Part shown: positions 20,391 through 30,982 of the stretch, one piece after another
Layout: every line of letters begins with the position of its first letter
How positions within the stretch are numbered: the stretch's first letter is position 1
Assembly (NCBI GenBank): GCA_049860595.1
Contig: CP187551.1
DNA from: Methanocaldococcus sp. 16A
GTDB taxonomy: Archaea > AGJL01 > Methanococci > Methanococcales > Methanocaldococcaceae
Reading direction: 5' to 3' (one strand)
Length of the DNA stretch: 64,000 bases
The notes under the pieces: model-generated
Told to the model about the DNA's origin: nothing
The model's database searches: none
Seen by the model: only the letters and a program-made list of their open reading frames with translations
Position numbers and translations under genes: made by a program

Positions 20391-20951
20391 TTATTTTTCA
20401 TAAACAAAGTTAATATCTGCCTCTCTTAATGGAGGATGTTTTTTATCTTTTTCAGACAAAATAGGATTTTTTATTGGCCAATCTATGCCAATATCTTCAT
20501 CATTCCATATTATTCCTCTATCATCCTCTGGTGAATACTCTGCAGTGCATTTATAAATAATCTCCGCTTCATCACTCAAAACACAAAATCCATGTGCAAA
20601 TCCCTTTGGGATATATAGCATTCTTTTATTTTCTTCTGATAAAATAACTCCCACCCACTTTCCATAGGTTGGAGACCCCTTTCTTATATCTACGGCAACA
20701 TCAAATATCTCCCCCCTTATACACCTCACTAATTTACCTTGAGCATTAGGATTTTTTTGATAATGCAAGCCTCTCAAAACACCTTTTTTTGACTTAGAAT
20801 GATTATCTTGAACAAAGATTTCCTTAATCCCAAATTTTGAAAACTCGCTGTATTTGTAAGTTTCCATAAAAAATCCTCTTTCATCTTCAAAGACAACTGG
20901 CTCTATTAAAATAACTTCTGGAATCTCTAATCTTTTGAATTTAAAGGGCAT
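20391..20951 (-). CDS. rfbC: dTDP-4-dehydrorhamnose 3,5-epimerase
   Basis: DERGFF, GVLRGLHYQ, GFAHGF, LSEKD. Confidence 0.96.
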   Translation of the reverse strand: MPFKFKRLEIPEVILIEPVVFEDERGFFMETYKYSEFSKFGIKEIFVQDNHSKSKKGVLRGLHYQKNPNAQGKLVRCIRGEIFDVAVDIRKGSPTYGKWVGVILSEENKRMLYIPKGFAHGFCVLSDEAEIIYKCTAEYSPEDDRGIIWNDEDIGIDWPIKNPILSEKDKKHPPLREADINFVYEK

Positions 20952-20965
20952 TTTTTCACCATATT

Positions 20966-21952
20966 TTATATCTTTTTAACATTAACATTCAATTTTAAAC
21001 TTTGAATAGTCCCGTTTATTGCTTCTATAATTCTCATTTCAGCAGTGGTGTTGGCATAATCTCCATTGATAGGCTCTGGTAATTTAGGTCTTTCATCCTT
21101 AAACAACAAAAACCAAATTTGCCATTTTCCAGGTTTATTTATTGTGAAGGTATAATTTTTCTCCCATTGAGGAGTCCAATTACCTTCAATATTCACTGGC
21201 TTTGGAGGAAGAGTTACATTAAAATTATCTAATAAATACATATTATATATATGTGTCTTATTTGTATTAAAATCATAACTTAAATTAACCAACCAAACTT
21301 CCACATAGTAGGTAACATTTCTATATTCATGATTCACAATCCCAATAATCACTCTCCCCTCTTCACCAACAAATAACTCTGTTGGATAGTCAGCAGCTTT
21401 TCCATTGGGGCCAAGTATATAAAATTCAGTAAATTTTTCTCCTGGCTTAGGATGTGTTATAATATAGCAAAGGGTAGCTATTGAAGAGATTATTGCAATT
21501 AATAATATTACCGTTAATGCTTTATCTAATTTGCTTGCCTTATCCCACTCAAGTTCTTTTTTAAGTTTTTCAATATCAATTAGTGGAATCCATGGCTCTC
21601 TTGCTTTTGCTCTTCTATATATTGCTAAAATCCCAAATATTAAATTGAAGATAGTTAAACTAACTAATATCGGGATTAATCTTATTCCCCAAGGTGTATA
21701 ATTTAAAATTAAACCAATTAATGGCACAATTGCTATACTCAACCCAAAACTCAAAGCCAACCTTTCAATATTATCCAACTCTTTCTTTTTTGGAAATAGT
21801 GCATTTATAAATACATAACCAGGAAAGAATATAACAAATGCCATTCCCAAACCTTTCCTAACAATACTATCTGGATAATATTCAATAACAAACAACAGCA
21901 ATAATGATAAACCTATAACCACTATTAAATCCCAATACTTCTTTAAATTCAC
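20966..21952 (-). CDS. DUF1616-type membrane protein
   Basis: FFPGY..ERLALSFGLSI, FTEFYILGPNGKAADYP, IVNHE. Confidence 0.85.
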   Translation of the reverse strand: MNLKKYWDLIVVIGLSLLLLFVIEYYPDSIVRKGLGMAFVIFFPGYVFINALFPKKKELDNIERLALSFGLSIAIVPLIGLILNYTPWGIRLIPILVSLTIFNLIFGILAIYRRAKAREPWIPLIDIEKLKKELEWDKASKLDKALTVILLIAIISSIATLCYIITHPKPGEKFTEFYILGPNGKAADYPTELFVGEEGRVIIGIVNHEYRNVTYYVEVWLVNLSYDFNTNKTHIYNMYLLDNFNVTLPPKPVNIEGNWTPQWEKNYTFTINKPGKWQIWFLLFKDERPKLPEPINGDYANTTAEMRIIEAINGTIQSLKLNVNVKKI

Positions 21953-22030
21953 ATTACCACCAGCTATAATAAGTTATTACTCTAATATAAACACAAATGA
22001 ATTAAAAATTAAAAATTTATTTATAACATT

Positions 22031-22099
22031 CTAAATAAAATTGGGTTCTCTTTCTAAGATTGATAATGTTTTATTAATTTCTCTATTAAAGAATTTCAT
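22031..22099 (-). pseudogene. N-terminal relic of an MJ-type ATPase
   Basis: Reads MKFFNREINKTLSILEREPNFI*, versus [24 protein letters not shown] at 35897. Confidence 0.75.
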
Positions 22100-22230
22100 T
22101 TTTAGCACTAAAAAATTTTGTATGATTTACATAATTGATGGGATACTATATAACTCTATAGTTAAATAATACCATCAACATATGTCTGAGGGGTGATATT
22201 ATAAATAAACATGCCTCTAAAAACATAATT

Positions 22231-22977
22231 TTGGGGATTTCAATTATTGCACTTGGTATATTTCTTATCTATTGGGGAGTAAATTATGAAACTATATCCT
22301 TCATAAATTTAGGTTTTGCAGGGATTTTTATTGGGATTCTTATATTGGCATTTATCCCTTCAAATTTAATAAGTTATGAAACTTATGAGTGCACTATAAA
22401 CCCTTATCTATCTTTTTTTGAAAATTTTATTAACAATCTGCCTTTAGAAGGCAATGCTATATATATCCCCCCTTATGAAAATTTACCAAAAGGTGGAACA
22501 TTTATACCTGCAAATGAAGATTTTGAAATAAACCTTGGAAATTTTGATGAAGAGATAGTTTTCTTAACAAATGTTGGAAGAGGAAAAGAAATGGGTATCT
22601 TAATTTCTCCACCTTTAGGATATAATCTTGTAAAAAAATTTGAAGAATATGCAAATATGGAATTAGATAATATTGAATTAAGTTTGGCAATATCTGCTGC
22701 TTCATCAGTTTTAAAGGCATTGGAATTAATTAATGGCATTGATTTTATAGAAGAAAATGATAAAATAGAATTAATTATAGAGAATGTTAAACCAAAGTAC
22801 TGTTACAATATTGACTGCAAAGTTTGTGAAAAAGTAAGCTGTCCAATATGCTCATCAGTATTATTTGCAATTGCAAAATCCCAAAATCAGTTAATATTAG
22901 TCGATAAATTTGAAAAGAATGAGAATTTTATTAAAATAATTATAAAAAAATTAGGAAAAATAGATGATTTTCTATAA
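22231..22977 (+). CDS. Hypothetical membrane-anchored protein (2 TM plus Cys-rich C-terminus)
   Basis: Two N-terminal TM helices, CKVC...CPICS. The frame is open upstream to a GGTGAT at 22192, so the true start may be earlier. Confidence 0.7.
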   Translation: MGISIIALGIFLIYWGVNYETISFINLGFAGIFIGILILAFIPSNLISYETYECTINPYLSFFENFINNLPLEGNAIYIPPYENLPKGGTFIPANEDFEINLGNFDEEIVFLTNVGRGKEMGILISPPLGYNLVKKFEEYANMELDNIELSLAISAASSVLKALELINGIDFIEENDKIELIIENVKPKYCYNIDCKVCEKVSCPICSSVLFAIAKSQNQLILVDKFEKNENFIKIIIKKLGKIDDFL

Positions 22978-22993
22978 TAATTGAGGGGATAAA

Positions 22994-23233
22994 ATGAAAG
23001 TAGATTATATAATAATAGTATTCTTATCATTATGGGCTATTTTAGATGCATTGTTCTCTCCATCTGTAGATATTTTCTTTACAATACTATTAATAGGAAC
23101 TCTTATCTGCTTGGAAATTGGAGATTTCTTTATAAATAGGAGAAGTAAAGAAATCTTAAAATCAATAAGTTATTTGTTAATGGGAGTTTTTGTATTTATT
23201 GTTATAAATAAAATTTACAACATAATTAAATAG
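22994..23233 (+). CDS. Small hypothetical membrane protein
   Basis: 79 aa, three hydrophobic segments, GAGGGG RBS. Confidence 0.7.
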   Translation: MKVDYIIIVFLSLWAILDALFSPSVDIFFTILLIGTLICLEIGDFFINRRSKEILKSISYLLMGVFVFIVINKIYNIIK

Positions 23234-23604
23234 AGGAAAAATTATAAAACAACATTAGAAATAATGAATAGCTAACATAACGAACATAAAATGCACTAAC
23301 AACATTGATAAAAAGATAAATTAAAATATACTAAAATATACTTTTTTTATATTAGTTCATTATTAATTACATAAATACATAAATATGGATATTTACAATC
23401 TAAAACATAATATACAACCTTTTAATTAGAATTTAAAAATGAAGTATAAATGTCGGACATTATATTATATATTATGCAATGTATTCTACAAAATACAAAA
23501 GATTTAAATATAAGTAAATACAACAGAACATATTAATAGAATATTTTGAGTAGAATGAAGTATATCCAACGATATCGAACATCTAATAATATCGGAGGGA
23601 GATT

Positions 23605-25638
23605 ATGAGAATAGCCTCTATAATAGTATCCATATTAATAATTGTTGGAGTATTGCCTTTAAGCTTTGCCTCAAGTGAAAATGTAGCAATTATAGTGTCA
23701 AAGCCAGCAGATGCTATAGTTGCAGCACCCTATGCTAAGGCTATGGGATATATGCTTATCTACACTCCACCAGATAAGTTGTCAGATGAAGCTAAAAGAG
23801 AACTCGAAAGAAATCATATAACTAAAGTTATAATAGTTGGGGGTCCTGTTGCAGTAAGCAACAATGTAGAAAACCAGCTAAAACTTGATTTGAAATTGAA
23901 TACTGAGAGAATCTGGGGGGAGACAAGAGTTGAAACCTCCCAAAAAGTATTTGAAACCCTAATAAAAGAAAAACCAGAAATGGCAAAAAATCTCGTGATT
24001 GTTGAAGGATTTAACGAGAAGATATCACCAGTAGCTGTAAGCTTTGATGCTCCAGTCCTTTACTATGCTCCAGGTAAAGAGAAAGAAGTTGCAGAAACCT
24101 TAAAATCAGTTAAAGTAGAAAATACTGTAATCCTTGGAACTAAAATTCCAAAAGAAATACAGAAAGTTGCAACATCTGTATCAAAAAATACAATAATTGC
24201 TTATGGTAAAAATGATGAAATTATAAAAACTGCATTATCATATGTTCCTAAATTAAACCCAGAAGTTAAGGACAAGAAAGCTGCAATTGTTTATTCAGAA
24301 AAATCTGTTAATCCTATTATAAATAGTATATTACAGTTTGTTAAAGGGAATATAGGAGCAATTATTCCACTTCCTGAAAAAAATGAAAATGTAATAAAGT
24401 CTATTATAAGTAAGATAACAACCTTTACTTCAACAACTATAGTATCTACTGACACTCCTGAGATAAGTACCATAGTCTCTAACATTGCGTCTAATTTGGG
24501 TATTTCATCAGAAACTATTGCCGAAACTGGAGTTTCTGGAGGGGGAGGGGGCGGTTACTACTATACAACTCCTACTGCTCCAACTACACCACCAACACAA
24601 AAATACACGGTAATATCAATAAATAATGGAGAAAAAGTTATAAAAATTGCTGATATTGGAGATAGCAAAGAAGATGGAAATTATGTTGAAGTTATAGGAG
24701 ATACTCAAATAAAATTACCTGAAATAAAGATAATAACAAATGCTGTTGATAAAGAATATTCAATAAATGGAAATAACGTTTCAATAAAATTCGAAGGTAA
24801 TGCAAATGCACTAAACTTAATCTATCCAATAGAATTTGGAGCTGTAACCTACGGAGATAACGTTAAAGTTAACTTCTATGGTTCAAAGGCACTTGCTAAC
24901 AAAGAAATTACTTTGCATGTGATAACCAACAGACAAGAGTTAAGAGATGCAATGAACGATTTATTAAACGGAAATGCTACAACTTTAATCAATCTGTTGA
25001 ATAACAGTCCAGTTAAAATAACAAAAACAACAGATTCAAATGGAGATGCAACATTCACAGTAGCTCCACAAAACTACGGTGAAAACATAATTGTAATAAC
25101 TGAAGGTAATGGAAACATAGGAAATGATGTTACAATATTAGGTGTTGGGGGATTTGAATATCTCAAGTATAGACTATCATTAGATTTAATTAACATTATG
25201 CCAGAAGATCTTACTAACATGACAACATTAACATTTAATATGTCCTTAAATCAAACTCCATCAAACTCTGTAAGATATGGATTATTGGTAATTACAAAAG
25301 ATGGATACAAAGGTACAATAGAAGTTGTTGGAACTACACCAAATGATAAATACTTCAATGTATCAGTTGTTGGAGATAAGGGTTCAGAAACAATTGTAGA
25401 AAACTCTGATTTAATAGCATTAAATGCTTCTAAAGTAAAGAATATTGCTGATGTAATATTTGGAGATACAACAGCAGGTGCAGAATATTCAGAAATAACA
25501 ACGAATAGCACTATACAAATAAGTGTACCATTAGCAGACATTCCAGCAGGAACAGAATGTTATGCTATTGGAATAGTTTATGATACTAAGGATAAGAAAA
25601 TTGTTGCATTAAACCAAACTGAAATAACAATACAGTAA
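23605..25638 (+). CDS. Secreted surface protein with cell-wall-binding repeat 2 (CWB2)-like region, Gly/Thr/Pro linker and beta-rich C-terminal domain
   Basis: Signal peptide; VIIVGGPVAVSNNVE..RIWGETRVETS CWB2 signature; GGGGGGYYYTTPTAPTTPPT linker; GGAGGG RBS. Confidence 0.8.
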   Translation: MRIASIIVSILIIVGVLPLSFASSENVAIIVSKPADAIVAAPYAKAMGYMLIYTPPDKLSDEAKRELERNHITKVIIVGGPVAVSNNVENQLKLDLKLNTERIWGETRVETSQKVFETLIKEKPEMAKNLVIVEGFNEKISPVAVSFDAPVLYYAPGKEKEVAETLKSVKVENTVILGTKIPKEIQKVATSVSKNTIIAYGKNDEIIKTALSYVPKLNPEVKDKKAAIVYSEKSVNPIINSILQFVKGNIGAIIPLPEKNENVIKSIISKITTFTSTTIVSTDTPEISTIVSNIASNLGISSETIAETGVSGGGGGGYYYTTPTAPTTPPTQKYTVISINNGEKVIKIADIGDSKEDGNYVEVIGDTQIKLPEIKIITNAVDKEYSINGNNVSIKFEGNANALNLIYPIEFGAVTYGDNVKVNFYGSKALANKEITLHVITNRQELRDAMNDLLNGNATTLINLLNNSPVKITKTTDSNGDATFTVAPQNYGENIIVITEGNGNIGNDVTILGVGGFEYLKYRLSLDLINIMPEDLTNMTTLTFNMSLNQTPSNSVRYGLLVITKDGYKGTIEVVGTTPNDKYFNVSVVGDKGSETIVENSDLIALNASKVKNIADVIFGDTTAGAEYSEITTNSTIQISVPLADIPAGTECYAIGIVYDTKDKKIVALNQTEITIQ

Positions 25639-25649
25639 ATCCTAACCTT

Positions 25650-25683
25650 ACTTTCTTTTAATTTTTTATTTTATTTTTTTTTG
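25650..25683 (+). terminator. Oligo-T terminator
   Basis: Long T tracts after the stop codon. Confidence 0.45.
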
Positions 25684-25727
25684 TTGATTAAAAAATAGTA
25701 TTTTAAGAAATATTATGGTGATGTTTT

Positions 25728-27197
25728 ATGATAAAGAAGTTATTAATTCTATTTTCAATATTCTTAATAATTATTCCTGCTTATGCTGTATCTGACATTG
25801 AAATTACTCCAGAACATCCAAAAGTTGGAGATACTATAACAATAACTGGAAAGGCTAATCCAAATGAAGAGATACCTTGCCAAGCATGGTTTGAGATAAC
25901 TCCAATAATTTCTCCTCCATATTATGGATACATAATGGAAGATGTCGAAATTCCAATTACTCCAAATAACTTTAAAGTTATCGCTGAAAATGTGAATAAC
26001 TTAAATGTCTATGTTAAAATGGGTTTTTGGATAAAAAAAAGTGCTACTGCCAATGATGAAGGAATAGCTGTTGTTTCACAATCAAATGTTCCGCCAGGAA
26101 CTTATGAAATAAGAATTGGAGGAACAATTAAAGACCCTTCAAAACCTGTAAAACTAAAAATCATTGCATCTACAACCATAAAAGCAGATGAGAATGGTAA
26201 TTTTGAATATTCATACAGAGCAAATAACATTCCTGCTGGGACTGTTGTTCATTTGAATATTGGAGGAATTCAGAAGGATATTTTAATTGAATCAGATATT
26301 CCTACCCCTCCCCCAATAGTAACTGATAATAACACAACAAATGAAACCGTTGATAAAGAACCTCCAAAAATAACAATATTATCTCCAACGAAAAGAGAAT
26401 TTAACTACTCAAAAGTAAATTTTGATATAGTTGTTGAAGACGACTCACCTTATTCAGTTGATATTTACTTAAATGGTAATAAAATTAGTTACAATAAGAT
26501 AAATAACCACTACACTGGAACATTAACATTAAATGTTGGTGAAAATACACTTAAAATAATTGCAGTAGATAACTACAGTAACAGAAATGAAAAAATATTA
26601 CACTTAATTTATAAAAAGGCTACAACAAATAATGAAAGCTCTTTAAATGAAAAATTAGAAAGCTCATCAATAAAAGTTACAACAAATGATAATAAAAATC
26701 CTATAAAAGAAGTAAATAACAACAATCAAAACAATAAACCAAAAGAAAACATTGTAGAGGGAACAATAATAAAACATATTGGAGAAAATGCAACTTTGAT
26801 AATCCAACATGGTACAAAAATAACCAAAGATGGAGAAATACAAATTAAAGAAATACATCTCCCAAACATAACATTGGCATATTATATATCTCCAAAAGGT
26901 GCAGAATTTAGTATTCCATTAACATTAAAGGTTAAAATTGGTAATATAAAAAATAAAGAAATAAAAGTTCTCTATTATGATGAAAAATTGAAATCATGGG
27001 TAAATATTCCATACATAGTAGATAAGGAAAACAATATAGTAATAAAAATAAATAAGTCAGGTTACTACGCAATTAAAGAAAAAGAAATTAATGTTAATGA
27101 GGTTAATAAAGAACCAATATATATGCAAATCATTGAACTTATAAAAGCAGTTATAAATATAATAATACATAAAATGTTCAATTTTTTCAATTTTTAA
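25728..27197 (+). CDS. Secreted protein with Ig-like beta-sandwich domains
   Basis: Signal peptide; [37 protein letters not shown]; many N-X-S/T sequons. Confidence 0.75.
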   Translation: MIKKLLILFSIFLIIIPAYAVSDIEITPEHPKVGDTITITGKANPNEEIPCQAWFEITPIISPPYYGYIMEDVEIPITPNNFKVIAENVNNLNVYVKMGFWIKKSATANDEGIAVVSQSNVPPGTYEIRIGGTIKDPSKPVKLKIIASTTIKADENGNFEYSYRANNIPAGTVVHLNIGGIQKDILIESDIPTPPPIVTDNNTTNETVDKEPPKITILSPTKREFNYSKVNFDIVVEDDSPYSVDIYLNGNKISYNKINNHYTGTLTLNVGENTLKIIAVDNYSNRNEKILHLIYKKATTNNESSLNEKLESSSIKVTTNDNKNPIKEVNNNNQNNKPKENIVEGTIIKHIGENATLIIQHGTKITKDGEIQIKEIHLPNITLAYYISPKGAEFSIPLTLKVKIGNIKNKEIKVLYYDEKLKSWVNIPYIVDKENNIVIKINKSGYYAIKEKEINVNEVNKEPIYMQIIELIKAVINIIIHKMFNFFNF

Positions 27198-27237
27198 GAT
27201 TTTGATTTTTTGTGCCAAAAATCTTTTTTTAGTTTGG

Positions 27238-27384
27238 CTTATTGGGAAAAGGAGGGGCAAATTAAAGGACATTGTTGATTTGCCATTAATAGTTCCATCT
27301 AATGACACAGCAAGGATACAGGAATGCCATTTAACAATTTATCATGTAATTTGTGAAGTAGTTGAAAAAAGGTTATTTATGTAG
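27238..27384 (+). pseudogene. gmhA: C-terminal fragment of phosphoheptose isomerase
   Basis: [37 protein letters not shown]; the N-terminal part is missing. Confidence 0.85.
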
Positions 27385-27566
27385 TTAAGTTTATTGTATT
27401 TTGCAAAACATTTTTGCGCAATCACATATACGTCCTTTGGGCTTATAAAGTCCTTTATAAACTTTTTGACAAGATAATAATTGCTTTGGTTATAATCTTA
27501 GCAATATATGTTTTTGAAATAATTGTTTAAATAAAAAACCAAATATTTTTTGAAATAATGGAGATC

Positions 27567-27701
27567 ATGATAATTGAAGATAGGAAATCATTAGAAAATA
27601 TAATTAAAGAGTTAAAAAACCAAAATTTAAAGATAGTTTTTACAAATGGATATTTTGATATAATACATAGGGGGCATGTAGAGTATTTAAATAGTGGATA
27701 A
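27567..27701 (+). pseudogene. rfaE2: N-terminal fragment of heptose-1-phosphate adenylyltransferase (RfaE2 / HldE domain II)
   Basis: MIIEDRKSLENIIKELKNQNLKIVFTNGYFDIIHRGHVEYLNSG*, not in the ORF track. Confidence 0.85.
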
Positions 27702-27960
27702 ATATTGAAGCAGATAGATTGAAATATAATAGATAACACTAATTTAAATGAAGAAATGATTTATTTCTTATTATTACAAATTCAAAGAATGACATAACTC
27801 TTAACTACAAAAAAACGTTAAAAAAGAGGAAATGCCTTATTTAAAATTCTTAATTAATAATTAATAATGAAATATTGTCTTATGATGTTATTAATGGTAT
27901 AATTAAGCCAATATCAATAAAAAATGGTATGCCATAAAAAAGCTAATTAAGAGGCATTAA
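27693..27960 (+). pseudogene. Frameshifted C-terminal relic of an MJ-type ATPase (like the 37388 paralog)
   Basis: Fragments [48 protein letters not shown] match the C-terminus of the 37388..38404 protein. Confidence 0.8.
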
Positions 27961-27994
27961 TTGAGGCTGAAAGTCTCTAATTTAGTTGGTATAT

Positions 27995-28053
27995 TAAATA
28001 AGGAACTTTAACACCATCCAATACAATATATTTATTCCTGCGAAAGTCCTATT
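27995..28053. repeat. MJRE-like repeat, partial copy (right arm intact)
   Basis: TTTATTCCTGCGAAAGTCCTATT at 28031-28053; left part degenerate. Confidence 0.7.
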
Positions 28054-28139
28054 TAAGTCTCTTCGTAATAAAGCAAAGCACACTTTATTTAATAATAATT
28101 CAATAATTTATGAACAAATCCTATAAATTTGGTGATGAT

Positions 28140-28385
28140 GTGGGTTATGAAAAAAGAGCAATTAAAGGCATTAGTTGGAATTTTTTGTTGATAATGTTGG
28201 CTGCTCCTATTGGATATGCTGTGAGAATGCTCTACTCTCATGAAATTCCTAAGTTAGAAGTAGTAGGTTTATTTTATGCAGTTTTAGATTTTTATGCCAT
28301 ATTAGGAATATTTAGGGATTTAGGATTAAGTTCAGCTTTGGTAAGATTTATACCAGAGTTTTTACATAAAAATTTAATACCCTAA
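28140..28385 (+). pseudogene. N-terminal fragment of a second flippase
   Basis: GTG 28140 behind GGTGAT; AIKGISWN..GLFYAVLD..DLGLSSALVRFIP; ends after about 80 aa. Confidence 0.75.
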
Positions 28386-28413
28386 ATTAAAAGAAAAAGA
28401 CAATGCCTATGAT

Positions 28414-29415
28414 TCACATTTTTGGAATTTTAACTCTCCACTTCATAATAAATAACTTCTCCAAATCATTAAAATCAATTCTTTTTTTAATCTTCTTTTT
28501 TTTCTCTAAGAATTTTTTAAGATCTCTATATGCATCAATTTTTGCTTTAATAATTACTGATTTCCCTCTCAGTAAATTAATTCCTATTTGAGCCAATTCC
28601 GCTAAAATGATTAAATAGAGATGCTTAATTATATATCGATTAGGTAAATTTTTAAATAATGTTAGTGTGTAATTTCTTCCTCCATAATATACCGTAAAGT
28701 CACTTACAACTCCTCCTGTACCCCCTCTATAATGATAAACTATCGCCTTTGGACAATACCATGCTTTCCATCCTGCCCATCGTAATCTAAAAGCTAAATC
28801 AAAATCCTCATAATATGCAAAAAAGTCCTCATCAAAATATTCATCATCTATTTTAATATCCTCTAATGCTTCTCTTCTATATAAACACGCTCCAGCACAA
28901 CATCCAAATATTTCTTCTTCTTTGTTATATTTATCAACAGGTTCATAAGCTCCCCTGTTAAATCCAAGACCATTTTTTGAATATTCTATGCCTGCAGAAT
29001 CTATGAGTTCTGGATATAATCCCCAAATCATCTTTGCTTGGATACTACCTGCATCAGGATGTCTTTCTGCACATTTAATAAGCTCTTCCAAAAAATTAAG
29101 TTCCGCTTTTATATCATTATTTAAACAAACAACGTATTTGCATTCTTTATCTTCAAAAGCTTTTTGGATCCCTATATTTGTTGCTTTTGCAAATCCATAA
29201 TTTTTTGGATTTTTGATGATGATTATTTTTTCTTCTTTCATTTTATCTGCATAATTCTTTTTTATATAATCTACCGAATCATTATTGGGAGAATTATCCA
29301 CAAAAATAATTTTAAAATTTTGGTATGTTTGATTAAATAGTGAATCAAAATAATTCTTTAAAAATTTCACCCCATTATAGTTAGGAGTAACTATGTAGGT
29401 TTCTACCATATCCAC
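28414..29415 (-). CDS. GT2 family glycosyltransferase
   Basis: VTPNYNG, NYGFAKATNIG, LNND, FFAYYEDFDL. Confidence 0.9.
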   Translation of the reverse strand: MDMVETYIVTPNYNGVKFLKNYFDSLFNQTYQNFKIIFVDNSPNNDSVDYIKKNYADKMKEEKIIIIKNPKNYGFAKATNIGIQKAFEDKECKYVVCLNNDIKAELNFLEELIKCAERHPDAGSIQAKMIWGLYPELIDSAGIEYSKNGLGFNRGAYEPVDKYNKEEEIFGCCAGACLYRREALEDIKIDDEYFDEDFFAYYEDFDLAFRLRWAGWKAWYCPKAIVYHYRGGTGGVVSDFTVYYGGRNYTLTLFKNLPNRYIIKHLYLIILAELAQIGINLLRGKSVIIKAKIDAYRDLKKFLEKKKKIKKRIDFNDLEKLFIMKWRVKIPKM

Positions 29416-29418
29416 ACC

Positions 29419-29800
29419 TCATTTTTGTAATACATGTAGTATTTTGCTATATACTTTATTAACATCTATAGAATTCATGCATTTTTTCTTATAAGGGCAG
29501 GATTTTGGATGTCCTCCCCACAAATCATAACAAGGATTATATCCAATTTGTTTCCATAAATAAATACTTTTTTTATGCAATGGAGCTTTTTCTATAGGAT
29601 TTGTTGGACCAAATATACTAATAATTTTTTCATTTACTGCTGCTGCTAAATGTATTGGACCAGAATCATTACAAATCACAGCATTACATTTTTTTAATTA
29701 AAGAGGTACTTTCTTTTAAAGAAGTTTTTCCTATAGCAGAAATACATTTAACTTCTTTTAAAATTTTATTTTCAATCTCTTTATCTGTTTTCCCCAAATT
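29419..29800 (-). pseudogene. C-terminal fragment of a GT9 heptosyltransferase
   Basis: IGKTSLKESTSLIKK, then a +1 frameshift in an A7 run (T29689-29695), then CNAVICNDSGPIHLAAAV..SIFGPTNP. N-terminus deleted. Confidence 0.85.
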
Positions 29801-29848
29801 AATAAACCTAGTCTCTTTTAAAGTATGTTTTTGAGTAGTAATATAATT

Positions 29849-30982
29849 TTAACAAGTTTTATAAACTTTTTCAATTTCTTCAACTACTTTATCCCATACA
29901 AACATCTTTTCAACTTTTTTTCTTCCATATTTTCCCATTTCTTCCGCAATATCTTTATTTTCCAACAAAAATTTTATTTTTTCACTTAACTCATAAATGT
30001 TTCTCTCCTCTACCAAAAAACCATTGAGATTATCATCAATAACCTCAACAACTCCTCCAGATTTATACGCAATTACTGGCTTATAGCAGGCATTAGCTTC
30101 CACTAAAACCATGCCAAATCCCTCTCTTGTAGATGGAAGAACCAAAAGTTCTGATTTCTTTATCTCCTTAATTACATCCTTATATTCCTCCAATTTTCCA
30201 AAAAATTTAACATTATTCTCTAATTTTAATTCTTTTACTAAACTTTTTAAGTTATCCTTAGTAATGCCATCACCTATTATTTTTAATTTTACATCTGGAA
30301 TATCTTTAACTATTAATGATACAGCTTTGATTAAATCGTCAACGTGCTTGTGTGGAACTAACCTTCCAACAAAAATTATTGAATTTACATCAACATCCGT
30401 ACATTCCACAGAATCTATTAAATTTAAATCAACACCATTGTGGACAACACATATTTTATCGCTTGAAATGCCATATTCTTTATTTAAAATCTCTTTTATA
30501 ACATTACTAACCGTAATTACCTTTTTAAATGGTAGTTTATATAAAAATCTTTCAATGAAATATGCAATATTTCCATAATATAACCATTGATTTTTGTCTT
30601 TTTTATGGCTTACATCATGGATTGTTCCTATAACATTTTTTTGGATTTTAAAAATATAACACAAAGACGCTGGAATTAATGGAACAAATGCTTGTGCATC
30701 AACAATATCATACCTATTTGTTATTAACCATTTAAATACGGATATAGTAAATTTTAGAAAATCCAATGGAGACCTATATGGCGGATTTTTTATAGTTGGT
30801 CCTAAGTGGTAAACATTTATTCCATCAATATTTTCATAATTGGGAACATTATTAATTTTCATGCATAGAACATCCACACTGTGACCTTTTTTCACCAATC
30901 TTTTCGCTATCTCATAGAGTCTTCTTTCCCCTCCTCCCTGATAATGTGGAACAAAAAAATCTATAATATAACAAATTTTCAT
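29849..30982 (-). CDS. GT4 family glycosyltransferase
   Basis: GGGERR, FVGRLVPHK, PSTREGFGMVLVEA. Confidence 0.92.
   Translation of the reverse strand: MKICYIIDFFVPHYQGGGERRLYEIAKRLVKKGHSVDVLCMKINNVPNYENIDGINVYHLGPTIKNPPYRSPLDFLKFTISVFKWLITNRYDIVDAQAFVPLIPASLCYIFKIQKNVIGTIHDVSHKKDKNQWLYYGNIAYFIERFLYKLPFKKVITVSNVIKEILNKEYGISSDKICVVHNGVDLNLIDSVECTDVDVNSIIFVGRLVPHKHVDDLIKAVSLIVKDIPDVKLKIIGDGITKDNLKSLVKELKLENNVKFFGKLEEYKDVIKEIKKSELLVLPSTREGFGMVLVEANACYKPVIAYKSGGVVEVIDDNLNGFLVEERNIYELSEKIKFLLENKDIAEEMGKYGRKKVEKMFVWDKVVEEIEKVYKTC

Noticed and set aside
24538-24555. G-rich tract as a G-quadruplex or contingency locus
   Set aside because: Explained by a poly-Gly linker with mixed codons in an intact frame.
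27527-27739. 70-aa minus-strand ORF
   Set aside because: Antisense shadow of the rfaE2 fragment.
29689-29695. A7 frameshift in GT9 as a phase-variation switch
   Set aside because: Most of the N-terminus is deleted, so slippage could not restore function.
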